64,000 nt of DNA from Escherichia coli (GCF_041248615.1 NZ_CP158425.1), one strand, 5' to 3'. Counted from the first letter of the stretch, positions 28,323 to 38,269 are shown. Notes: a model not told the origin generated them from the sequence alone. Made by a program: numbers and translations.

Positions 28323-28649
28323 CTAAAACGCAGGGTTGCCATCGAGGAAGCTCATTGGCTGGCCAATAGCGGATGCCACCCTGAGAATTTCACCTGGTGT
28401 GGCATAGCGCAGCATTTCTGAGCGTCCAAATTTCTGATACTCATCTACTGACATCTTTCTCCACTCGGGGTGAGGATCTTTTCCGCACAGTGACCAGTTG
28501 CTTTCAGAGGAATCACGACGGAGAACGTACACATCAAGCGAGGCTGTAAGCCCGCTTCCATATCCCCGCTGCGCTACAATACGAACCTGAGAACCATCGT
28601 CGCGTTGCAACGTCTGGGTTAATTTCGTGATAGGATCCTGAGAATGCAT
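28323..28649 (-). CDS. Hypothetical protein
   Basis: GAGGT RBS. The promoter motif lies at 28711-28723. Confidence 0.5.
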   Translation of the reverse strand: MHSQDPITKLTQTLQRDDGSQVRIVAQRGYGSGLTASLDVYVLRRDSSESNWSLCGKDPHPEWRKMSVDEYQKFGRSEMLRYATPGEILRVASAIGQPMSFLDGNPAF

Positions 28650-28710
28650 GCCATTTACCTCGTTTTTAAAAGAATTACCGTAAGTAAATGATACCGAATC
28701 GAGAATTCTG

Positions 28711-28723
28711 GCTAATAGGTCAG
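28711..28723 (-). promoter_or_regulatory. Conserved promoter-like motif, variant (CTGACCTATTAGC)
   Basis: About 62 nt upstream of the ATG at 28649. Confidence 0.4.
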
Positions 28724-28853
28724 AAGAAAAAATATTGCATATTTTTGAAGTGTAGGATAATGATTAGAATAAAATGGCCTGAATAAATCGTTAGCTTTAA
28801 CTCTGCTTATTTCAGAAAAACTCTGAATTAGTAGTGATGGAAAACGACGCGGT

Positions 28854-28868
28854 GAAAAGTAACTTTTA
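28854..28868. promoter_or_regulatory. Palindromic operator-like site, copy 7
   Basis: GAAAAGTAACTTTTA. Confidence 0.5.
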
Positions 28869-28890
28869 CACCGCAATTCAGAAAAAAGTT

Positions 28891-29211
28891 TCAGTTAGTC
28901 ACATTACGAATAACCCGGCTTACTTTCGCATGTGCGTTCCCCTGCATGTTAAAGTAAAGCCCTCCGGGCAGACTCGTCGCCCACTTAACGCCTCGCTCAG
29001 CCATACGCTTCGGTGTTTCCAGCCAACCACGAGGAATATTGCCCGGAACGTTACCGATAACCCGTCAAATGCATGCTGCTACCCGGATGCCGCCGGGAAT
29101 ATCGCATTTGGATTCAACAATATGCATGACCTCAGATAAAGCACCATGCCGCTGGACATGATCGCCAATGTGCAACTCGATAGGAGAAGCCATTTCTGAA
29201 TCTGACTTCAT
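28891..29211 (-). pseudogene. 106-codon ORF interrupted by a single in-frame TGA (codon 49)
   Basis: AAAGGTGGA RBS and ATG at 29211. Reads MKSDSEMASPIELHIGDHVQ...GGIRVAACI-TGA(29065-29067)-RVIGNVPGNIPRGWLETPKRMAERGVKW...NVTN*. Both halves are in the same frame. Confidence 0.45.
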
Positions 29212-29491
29212 ATCTGTCCACCTTTAATTTAGAAACCGTCTAAATTACCAAATTAGTTAATCCAACAACATCTGTATCACAACCATCAATTTGTTTTTGT
29301 TGGGTCTATATCGTAGAAACAAGTGAATAATGAATACACTCGTTAATACAGACAACCGGAAATGAATGACTACCTGATTATCTCAGCGGTATATGCTAAG
29401 CCGTTAATATTGCCATTCTCTGGTGGAACCACTGCTAAATGAATAAACCGTTTGTCGCTTCAAACCACTTTATCAAAACCGTTAACTTGCA

Positions 29492-30742
29492 TTAAGTCCG
29501 ATACAGTTCGGCGAGCTCATCCAGCATGGGGTTACTCTTATATCCCGGTGCGGCCGTAAAAAGGTTTCGGGAAATCGCCAGCCACTCCATGATTTTGTCC
29601 GTCGCCAGCCAACGTCTGCCAAGTCGCTCGGCTGCGATGGGGACTTTATGCAAGCCAGCGAAGGGATCTACAACAAGATCTCCCGGCTCTGTCAAAAACT
29701 CAATCAGAAACGCTGCAAGCCTGGTAGGAGACGTTGCACCGTGCAGCGGAAAACCGAGCTCGCGGGCAATGGAATGGCAAAATCTCGTATCAGCGCAGCT
29801 ATTGCCGTAAAACAAAGTATTCTTGGGGATCGTTCCTTCTGTTTTATTTCCAAAGGAACCGCTTTTAAGCTGGTACGCCCCATCACCATAAAAGGTCGTG
29901 CGATTTTCACCGCCTGCTGCCTGCAATTTTAGATGCTGGTCTGAATGCGGTTGTAGTACACGTAAGTTGTTTGAACGAACCTTACTCGCATCATTGGTAA
30001 ACCACAGCACAGGCTCATACGATGAGCAGAGCTGCACCCGTTGCTTACATGCCCAGTGCGTTGGCGATGGGGGCTTACTGCGATTCACCCACTGAAGCCT
30101 GTCCATGAGCTCAAGCCCCAGCTTGTCACATAATGCCAGTGTCAGACGCTCCAGATACAGAGAACGTGAAGGCCTACCCCTATTAAAGCTATCTTGAGTG
30201 ATATTCAATGCCACACTTGCGCCCGGTACAAGCTGTTTCACGATCGGTTCGAGGATACGCAGAAGCCAGTCAATATAAGCCTGCTCGCCACGCCCCCCTC
30301 CGTGCCCGTAGTCTCTTGAATTTCGAAGGAGGTAAGGTGGCGAGGTCAGGCAAAGATGAATTTGCTCGGTGATATTGCTGAAGAAGGCATAGGCGTTTCC
30401 AAAAACCGATGCCCCAAGAGAAGTTGAGAAACCGACAACACAGAGCTTTTCCCATGACTCATGCAGGTTTGTTTTCGTCTTAGAGGCGTATCTCCAGACG
30501 CCCCGTTTTTCTGGAACGCGTTCGATGACCCCGGCCTGACGGAGAGTCTGCTGAAACCAGCGAACCTTATGTTTGACGCCGCTGGTTCTGGTTTTATCTG
30601 ACCCAAATTCTTTCAGTTCGTGCAATTCGGCATCCGACATGCCAGTTTTACGCTGCACTTCGCGATAAAGCTCGTCGTTGGTCAACGGCGATTCGGAGGC
30701 AGCGTAGATATGCGCAATTAAGTCCGTATTAATCGTACTCAT
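29492..30742 (-). CDS. DNA methyltransferase, beta-class N4/N6 family (SPPY motif), orphan
   Basis: Motif IV LTSPPY lies before motif I VVDPFAGLHKVPIAAERLGRRWLATD, which is the beta-class order. The first ~90 aa look like an N-terminal winged-helix domain. No adjacent endonuclease was recognised. Confidence 0.75.
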   Translation of the reverse strand: MSTINTDLIAHIYAASESPLTNDELYREVQRKTGMSDAELHELKEFGSDKTRTSGVKHKVRWFQQTLRQAGVIERVPEKRGVWRYASKTKTNLHESWEKLCVVGFSTSLGASVFGNAYAFFSNITEQIHLCLTSPPYLLRNSRDYGHGGGRGEQAYIDWLLRILEPIVKQLVPGASVALNITQDSFNRGRPSRSLYLERLTLALCDKLGLELMDRLQWVNRSKPPSPTHWACKQRVQLCSSYEPVLWFTNDASKVRSNNLRVLQPHSDQHLKLQAAGGENRTTFYGDGAYQLKSGSFGNKTEGTIPKNTLFYGNSCADTRFCHSIARELGFPLHGATSPTRLAAFLIEFLTEPGDLVVDPFAGLHKVPIAAERLGRRWLATDKIMEWLAISRNLFTAAPGYKSNPMLDELAELYRT

Positions 30743-30910
30743 CAGCCATCCTAATGGGGATACAGTTATTATATCGGCCTGATGGTTGGAAGTGAGATTA
30801 CTAAATCAGACCGATCTGGTTTGTTGAAGACTTTGCCAAATCATGCAGCACAGCTGGGCTTGCACAGAGCGAGCCGGGCTCCTTTAGCGGAGACACCTTC
30901 GCAAGTTGGA

Positions 30911-31519
30911 TTAATCAGCCTCAAGATTCTGGAACTCAATGAGCTTTTGCTCACACTCCTCCCTGCCCCACGATCCCTGCCAGTCACAGATGTCCCGGTA
31001 CTTACTTTCCAGCTTATCCATCTGTGCGAGATTAGCTGTTGCGAAGTCTGTCCATATGTCATGCCAGCAAGCGTTGTACGTAACGCCAGCTGGTGGACAA
31101 TACTCCATTGCATCAGCATTAATAATTTCAACGCGAAGATCGGTTGCAAACGAGGCTGCAACGAGGTTAATAACATCCTGTTCTTTTTCGATTACCGTGA
31201 CATGGGTTACATCGTCTTTCTGAAGAATGGCGTGGAGCACCATACCAAGACCAAGACCATTAATGAGCACCCGCCCGGTGGCTCGCTCTATAAAATCCTG
31301 GCAGGTTCGGATCTCCATCGGGGTATTGGACATCACCACATCCCAGCCGTTGGACAAGCGGCGATATCTACCGGGCGGGATAAACTCATCTGTATTACCA
31401 GTACACTCGGCACGAAGGGCGAGGGTCAGCGCCTTATCTGTGGTAATTTCGAAAGTGTCCAGTTTCCAAGTTCCGGACTTGCCGTCTTTAACGGGTAAAT
31501 CAGAAAAGCAGCTCTTCAT
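30911..31519 (-). CDS. Class I SAM-dependent methyltransferase fold protein
   Basis: RVLINGLGLGMVLHAIL...VTVIEKE...IINADAMEY matches motif I, the acidic residue after beta-2, and motif III. The start is uncertain (ATG 31519 or TTG 31531). Confidence 0.5.
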   Translation of the reverse strand: MKSCFSDLPVKDGKSGTWKLDTFEITTDKALTLALRAECTGNTDEFIPPGRYRRLSNGWDVVMSNTPMEIRTCQDFIERATGRVLINGLGLGMVLHAILQKDDVTHVTVIEKEQDVINLVAASFATDLRVEIINADAMEYCPPAGVTYNACWHDIWTDFATANLAQMDKLESKYRDICDWQGSWGREECEQKLIEFQNLEAD

Positions 31520-31674
31520 CGAGGCAACCAAAATTCCAGTAGTTTTGTTACGCTGAACCTACCACAAACCCGCTCTTAATGAAGGCATCAGGAGCGATAG
31601 CGATCTTTGAGGCATCGTTTAAAACAGCGGCATCCTGTAACAGACACCCGATATTTTTTTTAATGCCGCAGGTG

Positions 31675-31932
31675 TTAAAGGTAGCGTTGCAAAGTTGCAA
31701 CATCTTCAGGGGCAACCTCCACGCAGCTCCTGACACTGTAGTGATTTTCGCCGTTGTAGTCATAAACCCCACCGTCTTCAAAACTCAGCTGTTCAACCTC
31801 GCCAGCACACTCGGAAATCAGTGCCGTCTGGCAAGCATTTTTCTCACAATCGCTGACGAGTATACGAACATAGCTTTTCTCATGGTCGCCGTTACGGTTC
31901 TGGATCTTTACGATAAAGTGTTTTTCAGACAT
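31675..31932 (-). CDS. Small hypothetical protein
   Basis: GGAGG RBS; 85 aa. Confidence 0.55.
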   Translation of the reverse strand: MSEKHFIVKIQNRNGDHEKSYVRILVSDCEKNACQTALISECAGEVEQLSFEDGGVYDYNGENHYSVRSCVEVAPEDVATLQRYL

Positions 31933-31996
31933 TTGTGCCTCCAGCTCAGGTTGAGGTTAATTTAGCGTTGCCCCGGTTCACCGGGGCAAGAATAAA

Positions 31997-32425
31997 TCAA
32001 CCCTTAATGAAATTGTGCCCCCAGGTGTTAGGCTTAAATGCCTGCTCTTTGATATATGTTTTCATTACCTTGCAGGTTTTTTTCAGGGCTTTGGTATTGG
32101 CATCGGTTACTGGGATAAAATGGCGAGAATGACGGTTTTCCCGGTACTGCTTATCAGCGTTTGGGTCAATTGCTTCGCTTTGCAGGAGCCCTTCGTGCCT
32201 GCCAATTACTATTACGTAGTTCATTTCACCTGAAACACGATCCGTGAGTAATTGAAGGGAAATATCAGCTGCTCGCGTGGCCTGGCTTGCAGATATTTTT
32301 GCATGCAAGAAAGCCCCCTTTCTGAATTTGGCCGGAGTTAGCCCTGTAATATCCTCAACACTAAAATTAAGTGAGGAAAGAATTGAAAATAAGTCGCAGC
32401 TAATGACTTCAGTATTATTAGGCAT
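31997..32425 (-). CDS. Hypothetical protein
   Basis: 142-aa ORF, co-directional. Confidence 0.5.
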   Translation of the reverse strand: MPNNTEVISCDLFSILSSLNFSVEDITGLTPAKFRKGAFLHAKISASQATRAADISLQLLTDRVSGEMNYVIVIGRHEGLLQSEAIDPNADKQYRENRHSRHFIPVTDANTKALKKTCKVMKTYIKEQAFKPNTWGHNFIKG

Positions 32426-32519
32426 TTTACCCGTCCCCGTCCATATTCATGATACGGTAATGATACCAGGTCGATATCATTACCTAATAACTTGGTGAAA
32501 GAAAATCTGTAATTTTTAG

Positions 32520-32897
32520 TTAACTAAAATTAATAGTCTCAATACTGCTCAAGAATTCTTTTTTTACGTCCGGTGTAAAAGGTATACGTTCAATGTATTT
32601 ATAAAGTGTCGCAAATGTTTTGGGTTCAATGTTTCGGGAGATAATGTCATCAATCGGATCTTCGAACATATTGATAAAGATATCGACATGCTGCTCTCCG
32701 CTTTCTGATGCCTTTGAAAGAAGACTGACCACTTCAATGTAGCGATTATCCTGCTCTGCAATGAACAACCAGTGCCCTTCGTTAAAGGCGGGTGCAGCGC
32801 TGTAGCGTTTAACAACAATTTCTGAAAGATTATATCCTGCCTGATTCAGCAGATTATTAAAGTTGAGTTGAGTTGAAATCACGTCTAACGTTTTCAT
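32520..32897 (-). CDS. Hypothetical protein
   Basis: GGAGG RBS. The promoter motif lies at 32945-32957. Confidence 0.55.
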   Translation of the reverse strand: MKTLDVISTQLNFNNLLNQAGYNLSEIVVKRYSAAPAFNEGHWLFIAEQDNRYIEVVSLLSKASESGEQHVDIFINMFEDPIDDIISRNIEPKTFATLYKYIERIPFTPDVKKEFLSSIETINFS

Positions 32898-32944
32898 AAA
32901 ACCTCCTTTTCATCTGTACTTATTATACTGTTACCCAACCCCCA

Positions 32945-32957
32945 GCTAATAACCTCC
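32945..32957 (-). promoter_or_regulatory. Conserved promoter-like motif (GGAGGTTATTAGC)
   Basis: About 48 nt upstream of the ATG at 32897. TTCTGA sits at the -35 position. Confidence 0.45.
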
Positions 32958-33065
32958 CAGCAAATTTTCAGAAAAAAAACACCGCCTTTTATTTAAGATT
33001 GAACACATCCTTTTTAAATACCAACAATGATTATGAAACCACAATGTAAGTGAAGCGCCATTATG

Positions 33066-33080
33066 GAAAAGTAACTTTTG
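33066..33080. promoter_or_regulatory. Palindromic operator-like site, copy 8
   Basis: GAAAAGTAACTTTTG. Confidence 0.5.
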
Positions 33081-33304
33081 TGCAGCTCATAAATTTTATT
33101 TATTAGTTACGTTCCTTTGTCTTGTGGTCGAAGTTCATCAGGCGAGGCCTAAGAAGAATATGTGTGGTTTCAGCCAATGCGGTGATCGGGCATTATAATT
33201 TGGTCGGGCTATTATACGTGGGTAAAGGTAGTGGTAGGGAGAGGATCAGGTTAAATTGCATTTTCCCGGTTGCCTTCCCTGGCCTACCGGTTTCAGGTCA
33301 GACG

Positions 33305-34486
33305 CTAAGACCAGCGGTAATACTTAAAGTAGTCCTCATTTACAGCCAAAAACTCCCTTAAACCGTTCATTAATCCCTTTTCAAACGCTGTAACGATAAA
33401 CCGGTATCCGTCCAGTGTTTCAATGTAGTAGATCCCGCCCGGTGTTATTCCAACATGCAACACCTCGGCTGTCATCATAAACTGGCCTTCCGGAAAATCA
33501 TGCGACAGGTATATAAAACCCGTCGTGGCCGGTGCGGGTGTGGCATTCACTAAGACACCGTTAAACTGCTGCCCGTGCCTCGCCGGTACAAGCTCACTTC
33601 CCCTGGTTGACTTATCGAGCAGCCCCTTAACATCTTTTTGCTCTTTAGATGAGGTATAGCCCCGCACATCACTCCCATCACCTGGGCGAGAGCCGGTGCC
33701 GACATGTGCAAGACGACGGTAAGCGCTGCGCATATTGATGTGGCAGGATGCCCCGGCTCTACCCTGAAGCCTTACGCCAAAATCTTCGCAAAGTAATAAA
33801 ATCTGACGTAGCTGGTGTTCATACACGGACGCAGAAAGTGAAAGGTTGAAACTGGAAAAGGTCAGTTCTAAAACCTTTTCCCGTTTGTCATTGAAATGTG
33901 CTTCCAGCCTGATGATTGGCTTTTCCGACATTGCAAAAGCTTTGTCCGTTGCTCTGTACCGGCATTCATCTCCGAAACATTCTTCAACAACGCTGGCTAT
34001 AACCGTGTCGTGATCGCCATCTTCCGGAGCTGGCACAAAGATTTCAAATTGTGCCGGTGTCTCCGGCTCCAGCAGAACGGGATATAAACGCGGAGAATTA
34101 AGCAATGCGCATTCAGAATTAATGAGCTTAACCCAGGCGCTTTTGTCGTCCGGATCCTTAAGCTGCTGTCCAAGGTTATCGCAAAAGTCTACTATCTGAC
34201 GGGTATGCTCATCCGTGACTGCACAGATCAGGTTAAGACCATGCGTGGCCATACTCAATTCCCGGGTTCGGGACTGGGAATTGATCGACCAGGGGTTAAG
34301 TGAAAGCGAAATAGGGCTTATGGAAGGGACGACCGTCTCATTCTGCAAATCTGTAAGCTGGCAGTTCGCAGTAGGCTTCGGGGAAAGGGTACTAAATATG
34401 TAACTTGCCTGTTGTTTAGTACTGGCCTGGATATAAAACATCGCGTCCATGCTTGTATCCCGGGATGAAATTGAAAATAGCTTCAT
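33305..34486 (-). CDS. Hypothetical 393-aa protein directly downstream of the HigB-like toxin
   Basis: The start is 8 nt after the toxin stop, with a TAAGG RBS. No helix-turn-helix or other motif recognised. Confidence 0.55.
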   Translation of the reverse strand: MKLFSISSRDTSMDAMFYIQASTKQQASYIFSTLSPKPTANCQLTDLQNETVVPSISPISLSLNPWSINSQSRTRELSMATHGLNLICAVTDEHTRQIVDFCDNLGQQLKDPDDKSAWVKLINSECALLNSPRLYPVLLEPETPAQFEIFVPAPEDGDHDTVIASVVEECFGDECRYRATDKAFAMSEKPIIRLEAHFNDKREKVLELTFSSFNLSLSASVYEHQLRQILLLCEDFGVRLQGRAGASCHINMRSAYRRLAHVGTGSRPGDGSDVRGYTSSKEQKDVKGLLDKSTRGSELVPARHGQQFNGVLVNATPAPATTGFIYLSHDFPEGQFMMTAEVLHVGITPGGIYYIETLDGYRFIVTAFEKGLMNGLREFLAVNEDYFKYYRWS

Positions 34487-34494
34487 TTTTAACC

Positions 34495-34791
34495 TTAATG
34501 GATGAGCGATTTATAGTCATGTGCTGACAAATGGACATTATGTGCGCCATCATTCCATTCAAAGAATAATCGATACTTAGAGTTTACTCGAATGGAGGAA
34601 TAACGGTTTGACGTCATTCTTAAGCGTTCATAACGCAAGCTGTTGGATAATAACTCCCGCTCACTCTGGACATTATCCAGCGTTTCGAGTCGACACAGAA
34701 TCGCGTTAATAATTTCAGAAGGAATACCTGCCGTTGTTTTTCCATTACGGAAGAACTTTTCAAGCCGTCTGTCTTTAAATGAATGGATCAT
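34495..34791 (-). CDS. HigB-like toxin (RelE/ParE superfamily, plasmid-maintenance killer type)
   Basis: MIHSFKDRRLEKFFRNGKTTAGIP...RLETLD...SIRVNSKYRLFFEWNDGAHNVHLSAHDY follows the MIKSFKHKGLKLLFEKG..GVP...RL..ID...SI.V...WRI.F....GDAY.L...DYH pattern of HigB killer proteins. GGAGG RBS. Confidence 0.65.
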   Translation of the reverse strand: MIHSFKDRRLEKFFRNGKTTAGIPSEIINAILCRLETLDNVQSERELLSNSLRYERLRMTSNRYSSIRVNSKYRLFFEWNDGAHNVHLSAHDYKSLIH

Positions 34792-34840
34792 AGTTCCTCC
34801 GTAATAATTGACCTTAAAATTAAATTAAAAGGGCTTTGAA

Positions 34841-35311
34841 TTAATGAATCCCTAAAATGCGGGCGGCGACTGCCAGCTGCTTATCACTTAACTGACGCTG
34901 GTGGGTTAAAGAAGACTTAAGGCTTTCCAGAAAATTATTACTGCTGGATTGCTGGGTGATTGCATCAACCATTTTTTGATGAGATCTGCACCATGCATTG
35001 AACGCAGAGTTGTGGGCGTTTTCAGTCCTCAAACGCTCGTTTTGCAAGGATGCTGACACTTTGCGGGCAGCTTGAGCATTAATGCGGTACAGCGCATTCA
35101 GCGTGTAAGAAGTGCGGGTCGTTTCGAGGCTGTAACCCGTGGCTTTACAAGCCATACAGCGACTTCTATAAAAATGCTTACGCTCTCCCCGACCATTGCA
35201 TTTATCGCAAAGAATACGAAAAGTATATTCCGCAGTACCTTTTACAGAATCAACACAGCGGATTTTTGCGCTGGAGATTTCAATTCCACTGCGATCATAA
35301 TATTTGGTCAT
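34841..35311 (-). CDS. Zinc-ribbon protein (CxxCxGxG type)
   Basis: CDKCNGRG...CMACKATG motif. GGAGG RBS. The promoter motif lies at 35365-35378. Confidence 0.55.
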   Translation of the reverse strand: MTKYYDRSGIEISSAKIRCVDSVKGTAEYTFRILCDKCNGRGERKHFYRSRCMACKATGYSLETTRTSYTLNALYRINAQAARKVSASLQNERLRTENAHNSAFNAWCRSHQKMVDAITQQSSSNNFLESLKSSLTHQRQLSDKQLAVAARILGIH

Positions 35312-35364
35312 AATGTGATTCCTCCGGTTAGTTCTGGAGTAATCATGACAGAATGAATCTACTG

Positions 35365-35378
35365 GCTAATAACCTGAG
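35365..35378 (-). promoter_or_regulatory. Conserved promoter-like motif (CTCAGGTTATTAGC)
   Basis: About 54 nt upstream of the ATG at 35311. Confidence 0.45.
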
Positions 35379-35745
35379 AGTAAATATTTTAAAAAAACAT
35401 TGAGAGAGGGTCTGCAAATTTATACACGAAGGATTCAAATATAATTTTGTTTAAAAAATTAAGAGCATTCTGAAGTAAAAGTGCATCAAAAAGCATTCAT
35501 GGATAAATCATGTACTGGTGCCAGCCATTTAAACGCGGGCATTGTTCCGGAGTGATTAAACGGTTTAGCATCATAGATTAAAACCAAAAGGAAGGCGTCC
35601 TTCCCGTCTCGGGAATATTACTTTCCCGTTTGCAATTTAAGAGCCACTTAATGAGAAAGTAATAATTAAGTCATGCTCAACTCTACATATTACATTGAGG
35701 ATGGCGTAACAGGGTACGGCATACTACCGCACCCTTCTGAAGAGC

Positions 35746-38136
35746 TTATGTTTGAGGGAATTCTATAGCAAATGTGGCCGTGCCAGATTGACCACTTACA
35801 GCGGGAGTAACGGGATACGTGCGCTCTTCACCATTACCAAGATCCAGTGACAGCGATTTAGTTTCACCAGGCTGGACCGTAACTCCGGCAACCGTAACGC
35901 CGAACTGGGCATTTTTCTGAACAGTCAGGGTTCCGTTTAACTGTCCGGTAATGATAGAACCGTCCTGACGCCGCAACACACTGGTTCGGATGATGGCCAG
36001 CGGCGTGTTGTCCGTTGCTTTCAGTGCTACGGCTGTGGCCAGCGTCTTGAGATTATCCAGCATAATCAGATTCGCAGGCTGGTAGGTAAAATTAAGCGTT
36101 TTAGTGGTCCGGTTACCTGATTCGTCAATAGCCAGTGCCTCCAGATGATACATCTGTCCCGATTCGTCAGTGTTGGGGAAGATTCTGGGGTATTCCGGAA
36201 TAAAGACATCCTTGGATAACGGCGTGAATGCCAGGGTGACCTTTTCAGAGTTAGGTCCACCAGCGAGCTGAAGCGATGTCAGGGAAGCATCCCCAGAGGC
36301 ATCAGTAACGCTTATGCGAAGGTTCTCAAGCCCTTTAACCAGTTTTCCTTCTGCGTCTGCGCCATTAAAACTGAACGCGATAACCGGAAGCGTTGAGTCA
36401 ATTTTCAGCGGTGCATTAAGCGTTTTGGTTCCGGTGTTTCCAACAAGATCCGTGGCAGAGACGCTAACCACCGTATAATCCCCGTCCGGTAGACCAGCGT
36501 ATGAGAAGGTGGCGTTTTTGGTTTTATAATCGCTTTCACTGACGGTCACAGGCTTCAGCGTGAAAGGTTCCCCCCGGGCATTTTTAAGGGTGGCTTCGAA
36601 AACTTTGGTATCCCAGTAGCTGATGTTCCAGGCGTTGACGCGATCATTATCGGTGGCCGTCATAGTGATTGTCTTGGAGGCCTTGTTTACCTGAGCGACA
36701 TTAACCACCGGTGGGTTGTTATCCCAGATAACCGTAAAATTACCAGCAAGCGCATCGAATATGCTGTCACCATCTTTTCCCGAGTAAAGGTGCAGATACT
36801 CAAATCCTTTGTCACTGGTGTAGTTGAAGTTAACCGTCATCTCGCATGAACTTTGTCCGATAGGTATAGTGCAGAACCAGGCTGCATTTTTTACCGTTCT
36901 GAACTTTTGCACGTATGGTCGGGGTTCAGCGGTTACCTTTATGCGGCTAATGGTGGCGGTTTTAACGCTGATTGAGGCCTGAGTTAACCACTCACTGGTA
37001 TCACTCCGGTACATCTCTTTAGCCACTATCTTCGGGGCTATTTCCATCGCCGGGGCTGGAGTGAAGTTGAGGGAGTTATGATGAATTCGTCTTACTCCTC
37101 CTGCCAGAGTCTGGAATTCATGATAAGTATCCCCCACATTGGGATATATGTATTTGAAAGTATAAATATTATAAGTGCTATCGGACGTCTGGAAATTCGA
37201 GTCCGCCCAGCCATATTTGGAACCGTTAACAGCAGTAAAGTCACTTTTTTTCCTTAATACCCGTACGGAAATAGGGTTCTGGAAGACGGTCATGCCAGAC
37301 TGATAAGTGACCCATGATCCGGTAGTGGCGTCCTGCACCTGGATGATATCGTCAGGCTTAACCCGATCAATTACGCTTCGGCGGCTTAGTTCGATCCTGT
37401 TTCCCGCTTTGTCATAAAGGTAGATCCCCACTTTATATTCAGAGCGGTTTTCCGGTGCCAGGGCATTGCTGCTTGCGTCGGCGACTTGAACGGTTACGCT
37501 ACCTTCCACTGTATTAATTTCCGCTGGCTTTTTACGCTCCACTCCAGCGGCATCGGTTATGAAATATTCAGCATTAGCAAGCCCGGAACCTTTATCACTC
37601 AGTCCATTAAAGACCAGTGCCTGGACGCTGGCGTACTGCATACCGGCTGGTACTGAAGTGAAGATCGCTTCGCTGCCAAAGTTCCACCCGTTTCTCGTAT
37701 AACTTATGGTACCCGTTGCCGGAGGCGTTCGGTCAATTGCAAGCGGGTAATCCTGCCGGGAGACCTCCTTCCCTTGCAAGTCGGTAATCACCTCTCTGAG
37801 GGTGAAGCTATCTTCTCCCATCGCTGGTACGGTCAGAGTCTTGCCGTAATAATCAAAGCCTGTCGAAGATGTGGTACGGTCATCTACGGTAACCAGGCTG
37901 CTTTTCGTGCTCCAGATGAGGCTCCCGTCACTTTTCAGCAGACTGAGCGTAATATAACGGTCCAGACCGGAAATAACGGCAACGTCAAAGCTCGTTACCG
38001 GATTAATCCATACGGATGCAGGCGATACGGTCTTTTTAACGTTCAGGGTATCTTTAAAGCTGAATTCTGCGATTTCAGCGGAAGCTCCTGCGCTGAAACC
38101 TGCAAATGCAATAAGCAGGGCTAGTTTGATTTTCAT
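35746..38136 (-). CDS. Secreted large beta-rich (Ig-like repeat?) protein, paralog A
   Basis: AGGAGA RBS before the ATG at 38136. Signal peptide MKIKLALLIAFAGFSAGASA. Shares GLDRY, YYGK.L.PA.GE, GLENLRI, GGP and EYPRIFPN blocks with 43689-46109 and 50384-52840. Confidence 0.7.
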   Translation of the reverse strand: MKIKLALLIAFAGFSAGASAEIAEFSFKDTLNVKKTVSPASVWINPVTSFDVAVISGLDRYITLSLLKSDGSLIWSTKSSLVTVDDRTTSSTGFDYYGKTLTVPAMGEDSFTLREVITDLQGKEVSRQDYPLAIDRTPPATGTISYTRNGWNFGSEAIFTSVPAGMQYASVQALVFNGLSDKGSGLANAEYFITDAAGVERKKPAEINTVEGSVTVQVADASSNALAPENRSEYKVGIYLYDKAGNRIELSRRSVIDRVKPDDIIQVQDATTGSWVTYQSGMTVFQNPISVRVLRKKSDFTAVNGSKYGWADSNFQTSDSTYNIYTFKYIYPNVGDTYHEFQTLAGGVRRIHHNSLNFTPAPAMEIAPKIVAKEMYRSDTSEWLTQASISVKTATISRIKVTAEPRPYVQKFRTVKNAAWFCTIPIGQSSCEMTVNFNYTSDKGFEYLHLYSGKDGDSIFDALAGNFTVIWDNNPPVVNVAQVNKASKTITMTATDNDRVNAWNISYWDTKVFEATLKNARGEPFTLKPVTVSESDYKTKNATFSYAGLPDGDYTVVSVSATDLVGNTGTKTLNAPLKIDSTLPVIAFSFNGADAEGKLVKGLENLRISVTDASGDASLTSLQLAGGPNSEKVTLAFTPLSKDVFIPEYPRIFPNTDESGQMYHLEALAIDESGNRTTKTLNFTYQPANLIMLDNLKTLATAVALKATDNTPLAIIRTSVLRRQDGSIITGQLNGTLTVQKNAQFGVTVAGVTVQPGETKSLSLDLGNGEERTYPVTPAVSGQSGTATFAIEFPQT

Positions 38137-38269
38137 GGGTTGTCTCCTGATCAGGTTCCCCATGATACTTTTTCAGTGTTCGAGATCTTTTCGGGAAAAT
38201 AGCTAATTTTAATGTTTTTCTTTTCTGCCCGGCGGGACTTGTTTTGTTTACGTAAATGCAAAAATACAA

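Noticed and set aside
29065-29067. Selenocysteine recoding of the in-frame TGA
   Set aside because: I could not find a convincing SECIS-like hairpin directly downstream, only a 4-bp GTTA/TAAC stem. A nonsense mutation is the simpler explanation.
28834-29139. 101-aa plus-strand ORF
   Set aside because: It is antisense to a better-supported minus-strand ORF, which has a strong RBS and is protein-like on both sides of a single TGA. It also contains an operator palindrome near its own start.
31548-31781. 77-aa minus-strand ORF between 31675-31932 and the SAM-MTase-fold gene
   Set aside because: It overlaps the RBS-supported 31675-31932 gene in another frame. A shorter 51-aa version from ATG 31712 is possible but has no RBS or motif support.
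35611-35665. Two further operator-like sequences (GGAATATTACTTTCC at 35611; GAGAAAGTAATAATT at 35651)
   Set aside because: They have two to three mismatches in the 11-nt core. They are recorded as possible degenerate sites but were not counted among the 14 copies.
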